Assembly: GCF_036399255.1 (NCBI RefSeq)
Contig: NZ_DASWNM010000103.1
Location: forward strand, 3,121 to 67,120
Source: Longimicrobium sp.
GTDB lineage: Bacteria; Gemmatimonadota; Gemmatimonadetes; Longimicrobiales; Longimicrobiaceae
DNA length: 64,000 bases
Direction of reading: 5' to 3'
In this document: in pieces, positions 8,758 to 17,830 of the stretch
How the letters are laid out: each line of letters opens with the position of its first letter
Position numbering within the stretch: position 1 is the stretch's first letter
Notes under the pieces: model-generated
Seen by the model: only the letters and a program-made list of their open reading frames with translations
What the model was told of the DNA's origin: nothing
Databases searched by the model: none
Made by a program: the position numbers and the translations under genes

Positions 8758-9414
8758 TCACCGGACCCGCGCCGGGGCGGCCGCGGGCTCCGCCGCCCAC
8801 TCCGCGATCTGCACGCCTTTTCCTGACCCGGCAACCAGCTTGCCATTCACCATGAACGTGGGTGTGCCCACCACTCCCAGTTCCTCGGCCAGCTTCATGT
8901 CGGCCGCCACCCTGCCAAGGTGCCGCTGCTCCGCCAAGCACCGGCCGAAGCCGGCCACGTCGGAAAGCCCCGTCGCGCGCGCCATCTCCGCCCACGGTAT
9001 TACGCCGATGTCCTGCTGGTGGGCGAACAGGTAGTCGTGGAATGCCTCAAACCCTCCCTGCTCCGCCGCGCACTCCGAGGCCAGCGCGGCCGCTACGGCG
9101 TGGGGATGAATGGCTTCCAGCGGCAGGTGGCGGAAGGTGAGCGCAATGCGTCCGCCGGAGCCGTCGCGCATCTCGCGCATCTCGGTGGCGGCCCGGGCGC
9201 AGTAGCGGCACTGGAAGTCAGAAAAGACCACCACCCGCACCGGCGCGTCGACACCCAGCAGGGTGCCGCCGGCCGCGATCGGCTGCCACGCGGCCGCTAC
9301 CTTCCCCTCGGTCCGCGGGGCGGCCCCCGCGAAGTTGGCCACTGACACCCCGATGAGGACCACCAGCCCGGCCGCGACCATAAGCGTCAGCGCGTTCAGC
9401 AGCTTGTCCTTCAT
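8758..9414 (-). CDS. DsbA-family thiol-disulfide oxidoreductase, membrane anchored
   Basis: FSDFQCRYC (CxxC), FRHLPL, GTPTF cis-Pro loop; N-terminal TM from MKDKLLN. Confidence 0.88.
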   Translation of the reverse strand: MKDKLLNALTLMVAAGLVVLIGVSVANFAGAAPRTEGKVAAAWQPIAAGGTLLGVDAPVRVVVFSDFQCRYCARAATEMREMRDGSGGRIALTFRHLPLEAIHPHAVAAALASECAAEQGGFEAFHDYLFAHQQDIGVIPWAEMARATGLSDVAGFGRCLAEQRHLGRVAADMKLAEELGVVGTPTFMVNGKLVAGSGKGVQIAEWAAEPAAAPARVR

Positions 9415-10013
9415 TCGACCCTGCCTTGAGAAACGGATGAATGTTGCGCCGGTGCGGAGTGCCGGCCGAGTCTTCCCCGCAGATATATGTCGATGGTGCG
9501 CAGATCGCGTCCCCTCGGTGGGAGAGTGGATCAAGAGCCCGAACGTTTGGCGTATATGGAATCTCTTGTTTCTCTCCAGATCCTTGGCATGCCGAAATTT
9601 AGAAAAGCCTATGCGTTGATAGACAGCGTTGTTCAGGGCCGGTTTACGGGGCGGAGAGGAGAAGCACAAATAGTGCCGTTTAAGGCGCGAAATACGTAAG
9701 TAGCACTAAATACATGTGTTTGGACTGCGCGCTCATTTCACAGCTTCTCGTGGAGGGACGGCGAGGGCCCGGGCTGGGCCCAAGCTAAATGAGATGCAAA
9801 ACCACCACGAAAATCGTTGAAGGGGTTCGGTCCGCAACCGCGGAGGGTGGGCGAGCGGGTCCGATGAGCGGGTTTGCCGAGTCCGGGACAGCGATAGGCC
9901 GTGTCCTTACTCGCTTGCGCTCGTCGGACGGGGTTTCCACCGCTCGCGAACGCAACGAGGGTCCGTACGCGTCTCCCATCGCCTCACTGCGCCAGCCTCG
10001 GGAGAGGTACGAG

Positions 10014-11027
10014 TCAGGAAGCGGGTGAGGGCCCCTGCGCCTCAGCCATCTCCACCTCCGTCGGCTCCCGTTCTCCGCCACGCGCAGCATCCACCTCCAC
10101 CAGCTCCCACCGCCGCCCCGTCTTCGGCGGCGCGTCGGCGAATTGCGGAAAGTTCTCGGCGAAGTAGCGGCCCCAGTGCGGCCGACCGCCGTCCACGTCC
10201 TCGAAGCCGTACTCCTCCGCAAGTGCCCACGAGCCGTAGATCCCACCCGACTTGCGCATCACCGCCGGGTCCGCGGCCAGCGCGGCGATGGCCCGGCCCA
10301 CGAAGCACGGCGTCTCGGACCCAATGAAGCCGAACCCTTTCGCCTGCTCGCTCGTCTGCGCCACCTCGCGCCAGTTCTCCTCCGTGGCGCCCAGCGTGGC
10401 CAGCACCTCTTCCGTGCGCATGAAGCCGGGCGCGACCGCCATCGCCGCGACGCCGTGCGGCGCCAGCTCCTCCGCCAGGTCGTACATCAGCCGCTTGAGC
10501 ACCAGCGGGCCCAGGTCGTAGAAAAGGGAGCCGCCGTAGCCCAGGGTATGGCTCTCCTGCACGGTGACGATCAGGCCGCGCTTGGCCTCCATCATCAGCG
10601 GGACCGCGTGGCGGCAGGTGATGACGTGCGGCCAGACGTACGACTGAAAGCCGGGCAGGTCATCCGCCAGCTCCAGCTCCCAGAACGGCTTGAAGCTCTC
10701 CATGTGCGGGCTGCCCAGCACGTTCACCTGTACATCCAGCCGCCCCTGCTCCGCCTTGATCCGCGCGAACAGCGCCTCCACCTGGGCCTCCACCGCGTGG
10801 TCCACGCGCACGGCGATGCCGGTGCCGCCGGACGCCGTCACCAGCTCCGCCGTCTCCTCCACCGTCTCCGGACGCGCCGCGTGCCGGCCTGGGGAGGGCG
10901 AGCCCGCGGCGCCGCGGCCGGTGCAGTAGACGGTGGCGCCCGCCTCGCCCAGCATCCGCGCGATTCCCCGCCCCGCCCCGCGCGTGGCCCCCGCCACCAC
11001 CGCGACCTTGCCCTCCAGTGGCTTCAT
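10014..11027 (-). CDS. SDR-family oxidoreductase
   Basis: VAVVAGATRGAGRGIA Rossmann motif, SETPCFVGRAIAALAAD; GGAGG RBS before MKPLEGK. Confidence 0.9.
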   Translation of the reverse strand: MKPLEGKVAVVAGATRGAGRGIARMLGEAGATVYCTGRGAAGSPSPGRHAARPETVEETAELVTASGGTGIAVRVDHAVEAQVEALFARIKAEQGRLDVQVNVLGSPHMESFKPFWELELADDLPGFQSYVWPHVITCRHAVPLMMEAKRGLIVTVQESHTLGYGGSLFYDLGPLVLKRLMYDLAEELAPHGVAAMAVAPGFMRTEEVLATLGATEENWREVAQTSEQAKGFGFIGSETPCFVGRAIAALAADPAVMRKSGGIYGSWALAEEYGFEDVDGGRPHWGRYFAENFPQFADAPPKTGRRWELVEVDAARGGEREPTEVEMAEAQGPSPAS

Positions 11028-11110
11028 ATCTCGCCTCCCGCTGTTCATCGACAGGATTCAATGGCGCCGCGGCCGGCGGCGCGCTAAACTAAACGAGACT
11101 ACAGAAACCG

Positions 11111-11138
11111 ATTCTAAATCATCTTTAGAAACTGTCAA
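11111..11138 (-). promoter_or_regulatory. sigma70-like promoter of the SDR gene overlapped by a palindromic operator (likely TetR site)
   Basis: Minus strand TTGACA-16 nt-TAGAAT; palindrome TTCTAAA-tcatc-TTTAGAA at 11112-11130 between divergent genes. Confidence 0.65.
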
Positions 11139-11143
11139 GAGGG

Positions 11144-11731
11144 ATGAGCCCCCGGCCCCGGAAGGCGAGCGACGAGGTGGTGTTCGCGGCGGCGCACCGC
11201 GTGATGCAGCAGGTGGGTCCCGCGCAGCTCACGTTGGGCCGCATCGCCGCGGAGGCGGGGGTCACGGCGGGGGCGCTGGTGCAGCGCTTCGGCAGCCGGC
11301 GGGGGCTGATGCTGGCGCTGATGGCGGAGTTCTCCGGCAGCGCGCCGGGCTTTTTCGCGCAGCTGCGGGCGGCCCATCCCTCGCCCCTCGCCGCGCTGCG
11401 TGCGTACGCGGAGTGCCAGGCGGGGATGGCCGACACGCCGCAGACGCTGGCCCACCACCTGTCGTACCTGCAGGTGGACCTGACCGACCCCGACTTTCAC
11501 GCACACCTCAGCGCCCAGGCGCGCGACTCGCGCGATGAGCTGCGCCGGCTGCTGGCGGACGCGGTGGATGCGGGCGAGCTGTCCGCCGCCACGGACGTAG
11601 ACGTGCTGACGCGGGCCGTGCAGTCGGTGCTTTCCGGATCGTTGTTCGTGTGGGCCACGCTGCGCGAGGGCACGGCCGCGGAGTGGGTGCGCGGCGACCT
11701 GGACGCGGTGCTGGCGCCGTACCTGCCGTAG
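11144..11731 (+). CDS. TetR/AcrR-family regulator
   Basis: N-terminal HTH LTLGRIAAEAGVTAGALVQRFGSR; divergent from SDR. Confidence 0.9.
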   Translation: MSPRPRKASDEVVFAAAHRVMQQVGPAQLTLGRIAAEAGVTAGALVQRFGSRRGLMLALMAEFSGSAPGFFAQLRAAHPSPLAALRAYAECQAGMADTPQTLAHHLSYLQVDLTDPDFHAHLSAQARDSRDELRRLLADAVDAGELSAATDVDVLTRAVQSVLSGSLFVWATLREGTAAEWVRGDLDAVLAPYLP

Positions 11732-11804
11732 CGCGGATTCGGCCCGTCGCGACGGCTTCGCCCCGACCGGCATCCCGTGGATCTATCCTCTCTCCCGACC
11801 TTCG

Positions 11805-12743
11805 ATGATTCCGCTTCTGGACCGCTACCGTGGCAGCATGATGGGTTTGGCCGTGGGCGACGCGGTGGGCGCCGCCGTCGAGTTCATGCCGCCCGGGACC
11901 TTTGCGCCGCTCACGGACATGGTGGGCGGCGGGCCGTTCGGCCTGAATCCGGGCGAGTGGACGGACGACACGTCCATGGCCCTGTGCCTGGCGGAGAGCC
12001 TTGTGGAGCGGAACGGGCTCGACCCGGCCGACCAGCTGGGGCGCTACCTGCGCTGGTACCGCGAAGGGTATCGCAGCAGCACGGGCCGGTGCTTCGACGT
12101 CGGCAACACGGTGCGAAAGGCGCTGGAGCGGTTCGCGGCCGAGGGGTGCGCGCACTGTGGATCCACCGATCCCCGTGAGGCGGGAAACGGGTCGCTGATG
12201 CGCCTGGCGCCCGTGCCGCTGTACTACGCCCGCGACCCGTTGGCCGCCATCGAACAGGCCGGAGAAAGCTCGCGCACCACGCACGGCGCGGCCGAGGCGG
12301 TGGATGCGTGCCGCTACTTCGCCGGGCTGATCGTCGGCGCGCTGAACGGGACCGCAAAGGACGAACTGCTGGGGGATGGATATTCGCCCGTGGCGGGATA
12401 CTGGGAGGCGCACCCGCTAGCGCCGGGCATCGACGCGGTGGCGCGCGGCTCCTTTCGCCGGCGGCATCCGCCGGAAATCCAGGGCACCGGATACGTGGTG
12501 CGGAGCCTTGAGGCGGCGCTGTGGGCGTTCCACACCACGGACAGCTTCTCGGACGGGTGCCTGGCCGCCGCCAACCTGGGCAACGACGCCGACACCACCG
12601 CCGCCATCTACGGCCAGCTGGCGGGCGCGTACTACGGGATGGACGCGATCCCGGCCGCGTGGCACGAGATCATCGCCATGCGCGGCCTGATCCTGGACCT
12701 GGCCAATGCACTGCACGCGGCGGCGCAGCGCCCGCCGGAGTGA
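11805..12743 (+). CDS. ADP-ribosylglycohydrolase (DraG/ARH family)
   Basis: GLAVGDAVG, WTDDTSM, GNGSLMR, GNDADTTAAI motifs. Confidence 0.92.
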   Translation: MIPLLDRYRGSMMGLAVGDAVGAAVEFMPPGTFAPLTDMVGGGPFGLNPGEWTDDTSMALCLAESLVERNGLDPADQLGRYLRWYREGYRSSTGRCFDVGNTVRKALERFAAEGCAHCGSTDPREAGNGSLMRLAPVPLYYARDPLAAIEQAGESSRTTHGAAEAVDACRYFAGLIVGALNGTAKDELLGDGYSPVAGYWEAHPLAPGIDAVARGSFRRRHPPEIQGTGYVVRSLEAALWAFHTTDSFSDGCLAAANLGNDADTTAAIYGQLAGAYYGMDAIPAAWHEIIAMRGLILDLANALHAAAQRPPE

Positions 12744-12791
12744 ACCGCCCCGGCCGGAGAAACGGACCTCCGGCCCCCCTGCCCCGCATCC

Positions 12792-12839
12792 TTGACACGC
12801 ACACCGATCCGCCGCACCATTCAACCAAAAGGTTGAATG
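12792..12839 (+). promoter_or_regulatory. Promoter and ArsR-type operator
   Basis: TTGACA at 12792, 17 nt spacer, CACCAT; perfect inverted repeat CATTCAACC-aaaa-GGTTGAATG at 12818-12839 over the start codon. Confidence 0.75.
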
Positions 12840-13217
12840 ACAATGACGAGCGCTGCCCCGCAGTCCGACCTGGATCACACCCTGCTGGCGCTGGCCGATC
12901 CCACGCGGCGCGCCATCCTGCAGCGCCTGTCGCGCGGCGAGGCGCGCGTGACGGAGCTGGCGCAGCCGTTCGCCATGTCGCTGAACGCCGTCTCCAAGCA
13001 CATCCGCATGCTGGAACGCGCCCGGCTGGTGCGGCGCCGGCGCGTGGGGCGCGAGCACCTGCTTTCCATCGACCCTCAGCCGCTGGACGCCGCCGCCGAG
13101 TGGATCAACGCCCAGCGCGCGCTGTGGACCGCCCGGCTGGATGCGCTCGACGCGCTACTGCAGGCCGAAGACCGCGCCGCGGGCACGTCTACCGAGATGA
13201 AAGGAGCCGATCGATGA
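12837..13217 (+). CDS. ArsR/SmtB-family regulator
   Basis: ALADPTRRAIL, VSKHIRMLERARLV, GRE motifs. Confidence 0.9.
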   Translation: MTMTSAAPQSDLDHTLLALADPTRRAILQRLSRGEARVTELAQPFAMSLNAVSKHIRMLERARLVRRRRVGREHLLSIDPQPLDAAAEWINAQRALWTARLDALDALLQAEDRAAGTSTEMKGADR

Positions 13218-13672
13218 CCGCCCCGTCCCCCGTCGTGCTGCGCGTCACCCGCCGCTTCGCCGCGTCCGCGGAGCGCGTGTTCGATGCGTTCCTGGATCCC
13301 GAAAAGGCGGGCCGCTTTCTGTTCGCCACGCCCACGGGGGAGATGGTGACGGTGGAGATCGACGCGCGCGTGGGCGGCTCGTTCCGCATCGTGGAGCGGC
13401 GCGACGGGCAAAACGCGGAGCACTACGGCGAGTACCTGGAGATGGACCGCCCGCGCCGCCTGGTCTTCAGCTTCGCCGTGGAGAAGGGCGCAACCGGCGA
13501 CCGCATCAGCATCGACATCGTGCCGCTGGAAACCGGCTGCGAGCTGACGCTGACGCACGAGCTGTCCCCGGACTGGGCCGCGTGGGCCGACCGCACGCGC
13601 CAGGGCTGGATGGGGATCGTGGAAGGGCTCGCCGCCGTGCTCGGCGAGACACAGTCCGCCTCAGGGGGGTGA
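13214..13672 (+). CDS. SRPBCC/AHSA1 domain protein
   Basis: MTAPSPVVLRVTRRFAASAERVFDAFLDP, DARVGG, GW near C-terminus; ATGA overlap with ArsR, a classic pairing. Confidence 0.88.
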   Translation: MTAPSPVVLRVTRRFAASAERVFDAFLDPEKAGRFLFATPTGEMVTVEIDARVGGSFRIVERRDGQNAEHYGEYLEMDRPRRLVFSFAVEKGATGDRISIDIVPLETGCELTLTHELSPDWAAWADRTRQGWMGIVEGLAAVLGETQSASGG

Positions 13673-13689
13673 GTAATCCACACGGAGAA

Positions 13690-13830
13690 GATGACTTCCT
13701 GAGGGAGCGCACCACGCGGAACCGGAAGTCACAAAACCGATTGCGCGCGACCGAAGGACCTGCTCCGCCGCACTGAGGGGCCGGCTTCACGACGCGGAGC
13801 CGGCCGCCAGCGAGATCCTTCGGTCGGCGC
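13690..13830. repeat. Palindromic element (GACTTCCTGAGGGAGCGC family), copy 1
   Basis: Shares ATGACTTCCTGAGGGAGCGC...GCGCGACCGAAGGACCT...TCCTTCGGTCGGCGC with 25257-25460. Confidence 0.75.
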
Positions 13831-13892
13831 CGGGCCTCGTCGCCCGGCAGGATCCAGTGCGGCGCCTCCCCGAATGGAAAACCCGGCCCCCA

Positions 13893-15297
13893 ATCTGTCA
13901 TTCCGAGGGAGCGCACACCCGGCACCTTGCCCGACCACAGAACCCGGTGCGCGACTGAGGAATCTACTTTCCGTCTCCTCGTGGCCTGCCGCGACGCCCC
14001 GGACTGGCCCTGTCTGGCGGTTTCGCCGCCGCAGTGATGGCGCGGGCTGCCGCGTCCGGCCTCGCCCGATCCGACAGTAGATTCCTCGGCCCTGCAACCT
14101 GCGGCGCATTCGTCTGGTGGCAGCGTGGCCGGGCCTCGGAATGACAACTCTGTTTTCATCAACCAAGGTGCGCGGAGTACCGCTGGATTCAGAAAGGCAC
14201 TGGCCGCACACCCCCATCTGTCATTCCGAGGGAGCGCACACCCGGCACCTTGCCCGACCACAGAACCCGGTGCGCGACCGAGGAATCTACTTTCCGCCTC
14301 CTCGTGGCCTGCCGCGACGCCCCGCACTGGCCCCGTCTGGCTGTTTCGCCGCCGCAACGATGGCGCGGGCTACCGCGTCCGGCCTCTCCCGATCCGACAG
14401 TAGATTCCTCGGCCCTGCGACCCTCGGTGTAATCGTCTGATTACGGTGTGGCCGGGCCTCGGAATGACAACTCTGTTTGATCCAGCAGGGTGCGCGGAGT
14501 GCCGCTGGACTCGGGAAGGCACTGGCCGCCCACCCCGATCTGTCATTCCGAGGGAGCGCACACCCGGCACCTTGCCCGACCACAGAACCCGGTGCGCGAC
14601 CGAGGAATCTACTTTCCGTCTCCTCGTGGCCTGCCGCGAAGCCCCGGACTGTGGCCCTGTCTGGCGGTTTCGCCGCCGCAGTGATGGCGCGGGCTGCCGC
14701 GTCCGGCCTCGCCCGAGCCGACGGTAGATTCCTCAGCCCTGCGACCCTCGGTCTAATCGTCTGATTGCGGCGTGGCCGGGCCTCGGAATGACAACTCTGT
14801 TTGATCCAGCAGGGTGCGCGGAGTGCCGCTGGACTCAGGAAGGCACTGGCCGCACACCCCGATCTGTCATTCCGAGGGAGCGCACGCCCGGCACCTTGCC
14901 CGACCACAGAACCCGATACGCGACCGAGGAATCTACTTTCCGCCTCCTCGTGCCCTGCTGCGACGCCCCCCACTGGCCCCGTCTGGCCGTTTCGTCGCCG
15001 CAACGATGGCGCGGGCTGCCGCGTCCGGCCTCTCCCGATCCGACAGTAGATTCCTCGGCCCTGCGACCCTCGGTGTAATCGTCTGATTGCGGCGTGGCCG
15101 GGCCTCGGAATGACAACTCTGTTTGATCCAGCAGGGTGCGCGGAGTGCCGCTGGTGGCCCTGTCTGGCGGTTTCGCCGCCGCAGTGATGGCGCGGGCTGC
15201 CGCGTCCGGCCTCGCCCGAGCCGACGGTAGATTCCTCGGCCCTGCGACCCTCGGTGTAATCGTCTGATTGCGGCGTGGCCGGGCCTCGGAATGACAG
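13893..15297. repeat. Tandem array of about 323-bp palindromic REPIN-like units (4 full + 1 partial)
   Basis: Units start ATCTGTCATTCCGAGGGAGCGC at 13893, 14216, 14538, 14862; each has nested IRs TGTCATTCCGAG/CTCGGAATGACA and GAGGAATCTAC/GTAGATTCCTC. Confidence 0.92.
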
Positions 15298-15358
15298 ATG
15301 ACGGCGTTCTCTCCTCTGCGTCTTTGCGTAGGCCAACCTGTTGCGGGACCCGGTGGAT

Positions 15359-15919
15359 TCAGCCCGGCGTCTCTTCCGCGGCACGGCGCAGCTCGCCGAA
15401 CAGGCGGCCGAAGTCGTCCGGGCGGTAGTTGGCGTTCAGGCCGCTGGGGTTCGGGAGCACCCACACGCGTGCCCCGCCGATCGTCTCCTCCTGCGGACCG
15501 ACGATGGCCTTCGGCTTGGCGAAGGCGGTGCGGTAGGCGCCCAGGCCCAGCACCGCCAGCCACCGCGGATGGTAGTACCGCACCTTCTCCGCCAGCTGCC
15601 GCCCGCCCTCGATCAGCTCGTCGCGCGAAAGCTCGTCCGCCGCGGCGCTGGGGCGGTTGGCCACGTTGGTGATGCCGCAGCCGTATTCCAGCAGCAGCTG
15701 TTCCTCCGACGGATCCAGCAGGCGCGGCGTGAAGCCGCCGGCGTGCAGCGCCTTCCAGAAGCGGTTGCCCGGCCGCGCGAAGTGGTGCCCCACGGCGGCC
15801 GTGTACAGCCCGGGGTTGATGCCGCAGAACAGCACCTTGAGCCCCGGCGCGATCACGTCCGGCAGCGTGCGCCCGCCCGCCGCCAGCAGCTCTTCCTTCG
15901 TCGGCCTGCGCGTCGCCAT
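15359..15919 (-). CDS. mug: G/U mismatch-specific DNA glycosylase
   Basis: LFCGINPG, HHFARPGNRFW, LPNPSGLN motifs; start MATRRPTKEELL. Confidence 0.92.
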   Translation of the reverse strand: MATRRPTKEELLAAGGRTLPDVIAPGLKVLFCGINPGLYTAAVGHHFARPGNRFWKALHAGGFTPRLLDPSEEQLLLEYGCGITNVANRPSAAADELSRDELIEGGRQLAEKVRYYHPRWLAVLGLGAYRTAFAKPKAIVGPQEETIGGARVWVLPNPSGLNANYRPDDFGRLFGELRRAAEETPG

Positions 15920-15924
15920 CCGCC

Positions 15925-16989
15925 CTATCCCTTCCCTTCCGCCGGTGCCAGCGCCGCCGCGACCTCGTCCACCGTCCCCCGCGCGCTGCGCCCCACGCCG
16001 ATGAGCGTCGCCGAGGCGAACCCCGTCCAGTTGCCGTACCCCACCAGCCACAGCAGCGGCTCGCGCACGGAGCGCGTTCCCTGCACCCGCACGCGCCCAT
16101 CCGCCTCTACCACGCCCAGCGGCCGCAGGTGCTCCAGCGCGGGGCGAAAGCCGGTGCACCACACGATGGCGTCCACCGCCTCCTCGCGCCCGTCCGGCCA
16201 CACCACGCCCCGCTCCGTCATCCGCACGAAGGGGCGCACCGCGCGCAGCACGCCGCGGTCGCGCGCCTGGCGCACGGGCGGCACCATCACGATGTCGCCC
16301 AGGTCCGCGGGCGGCGGCGGCGGGCGCCCCTGCTTTTGCGCGCGGTACAGCGCCGTCGCCTGGTCGAAGAGGTAGCGGCCGTCCACGTGGTCCGGCAGAA
16401 ACGTGGGCTCCGCGAGCGTGACCCACGTCGCATCCGCCACCAGGGACAGCTCCGCCAGGACCTGCGCCCCCGAGTTGCCGCCGCCCACCACCAGCACCCG
16501 CTTTCCCGCGAGCGCCTCCGGCGCGCGGTACCACGCGGAATGCACCTGCATCCCCCCGAACCACTCGCGTCCGGGAACGTCGGGGACGTATGGCCGCGCC
16601 CAGCTTCCCGTGGCGCTCACCACCGCCCTTGCCCGCCACGCGCCGCCGTCCGTGTCCAGCACGAAGCCGCCGTCCTCGCGGCGGACGGCGCGGACGTGCA
16701 CCGGGCGCTCCACGGGGAGGGCGTAGCGCTCCTCGTACTGCGCCAGGTACTCCACCGCCGCTTCGCGGGTGGGATACTCGTCCATGCCGCCCGGCATGAT
16801 CCACCCGGGCAGCGAGCTGAACCGCGCGGGCGAGAACAGGCGCAGGCTGTCCCACGTGCGCGGCCAGGCGCCGCCGGGCCCGTCCTGCGCGTCCAGGACC
16901 GCCCACGACAGCGGCACGCGCCGCAGGTAGAACCCCACGGCCAGCCCCGCCTGCCCTCCCCCGATCACCACCACGTCGCGGCTCTGCAT
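15925..16989 (-). CDS. ArsO-like NAD(P)H-dependent flavin monooxygenase
   Basis: VIGGGQAGL, WDSLRLFSP, VVGGGNSGAQ, SATLIGVGR. Confidence 0.85.
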   Translation of the reverse strand: MQSRDVVVIGGGQAGLAVGFYLRRVPLSWAVLDAQDGPGGAWPRTWDSLRLFSPARFSSLPGWIMPGGMDEYPTREAAVEYLAQYEERYALPVERPVHVRAVRREDGGFVLDTDGGAWRARAVVSATGSWARPYVPDVPGREWFGGMQVHSAWYRAPEALAGKRVLVVGGGNSGAQVLAELSLVADATWVTLAEPTFLPDHVDGRYLFDQATALYRAQKQGRPPPPPADLGDIVMVPPVRQARDRGVLRAVRPFVRMTERGVVWPDGREEAVDAIVWCTGFRPALEHLRPLGVVEADGRVRVQGTRSVREPLLWLVGYGNWTGFASATLIGVGRSARGTVDEVAAALAPAEGKG

Positions 16990-17119
16990 GCGGCAAAGAT
17001 TATCCAGCGCGGCGGGATGAGGCCAGGGGTGGATGGGGATCGATGCGGAGCGAGGGGCTTGGCGTGGAGGTTACTGGAAGAAAGAAGCCAAAGCGGTCGA
17101 GATGGCCACCGGCAGGCAA

Positions 17120-17755
17120 GGGCGAATGAATTCGCTGCAACGACCACACGAAGGCCGCCTTCGCGGACTGGCGGCCCCGGGGTACAGCAGGTGCCTGCCA
17201 CGTGGCGGAGTTGAGGTGTCCCGTCTGATGCGCCTGAACACCCGTCGAAGCGCCATCGAATTCTCCCCTCTCCGTGAGGAACGAACGGGGAGGGGCCGGG
17301 GGAGGGGCCCTGTCGGGCGCAGCTCGATTTCGTTCGCCGCGCCCCAATCTCTCCGATCCACCAACCTCCCCAGCAGTCTTGGGGGAGGTGGCGAGCCTGA
17401 GCGAGCCGGAGGGGGCGCTCGCGGACGCAGCGTGATCCATCCGCCGCGCCATCGAATTCTCCCCTCTCCGCGAGGAACGAGCGGGGGAGGGGCCGGGGAG
17501 GGGCCCTGTCGGGCGCAGTTCGATCCCGTTCGCCGCGCGCCAATCTCTCCGATCCACCAACCTCCCCCAGCAGTTTTGGGGAGGTGGCGAGCCTAAGCGA
17601 GCCGGAGGGGGCGCGCGCGGACGCAGCGTGATCCATCCGCCGCGCCATCGAATTCTCCCCTCTCCGTGAGGAACGAACGGGGAGGGGCCGGGGGAGGGGC
17701 ACCCCGCCGGCGCAGTGCGATCCCGTTCGAAGCGCGACCGAAATTCTCCCCTCAT
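17120..17755. repeat. Composite REP-like cluster (modules B1/B2/B3), reverse orientation
   Basis: Repeated GAATTCTCCCCTCTCCGTGAGGAACGAACGGGGAGGGG, ACCTCCCCCAGCAGTTTTGGGGGAGGT and GGGCGAATGAATTCGC modules. Confidence 0.88.
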
Positions 17756-17765
17756 CTCCCCGCAC

Positions 17766-17805
17766 GAAAAAGGCGCCCCCGCCGAAGCGGGGGCGCCTTC
17801 TTTTC
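17766..17805. terminator. Intrinsic terminator after the TonB receptor gene
   Basis: GAAAAAGGCGCCCCCGC-cgaa-GCGGGGGCGCCTTCTTTTC hairpin with A and T tails. Confidence 0.8.
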
Positions 17806-17830
17806 GTAACGACCGGCCCGACGATCCGCC

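Noticed and set aside
13893-15297. CRISPR array
   Set aside because: Units are about 323 bp and near-identical throughout, with no unique spacers and no cas genes in the window
13506-15384. ORFs inside the repeat array (also at 17.0, 42.8, 50.1, 55.5 and 63.3 kb)
   Set aside because: Translations of palindromic repeats with no RBS or protein-like features
15359-16996. 545-aa Mug fusion protein
   Set aside because: The upstream part is an off-frame reading of the monooxygenase gene; Mug starts at 15919
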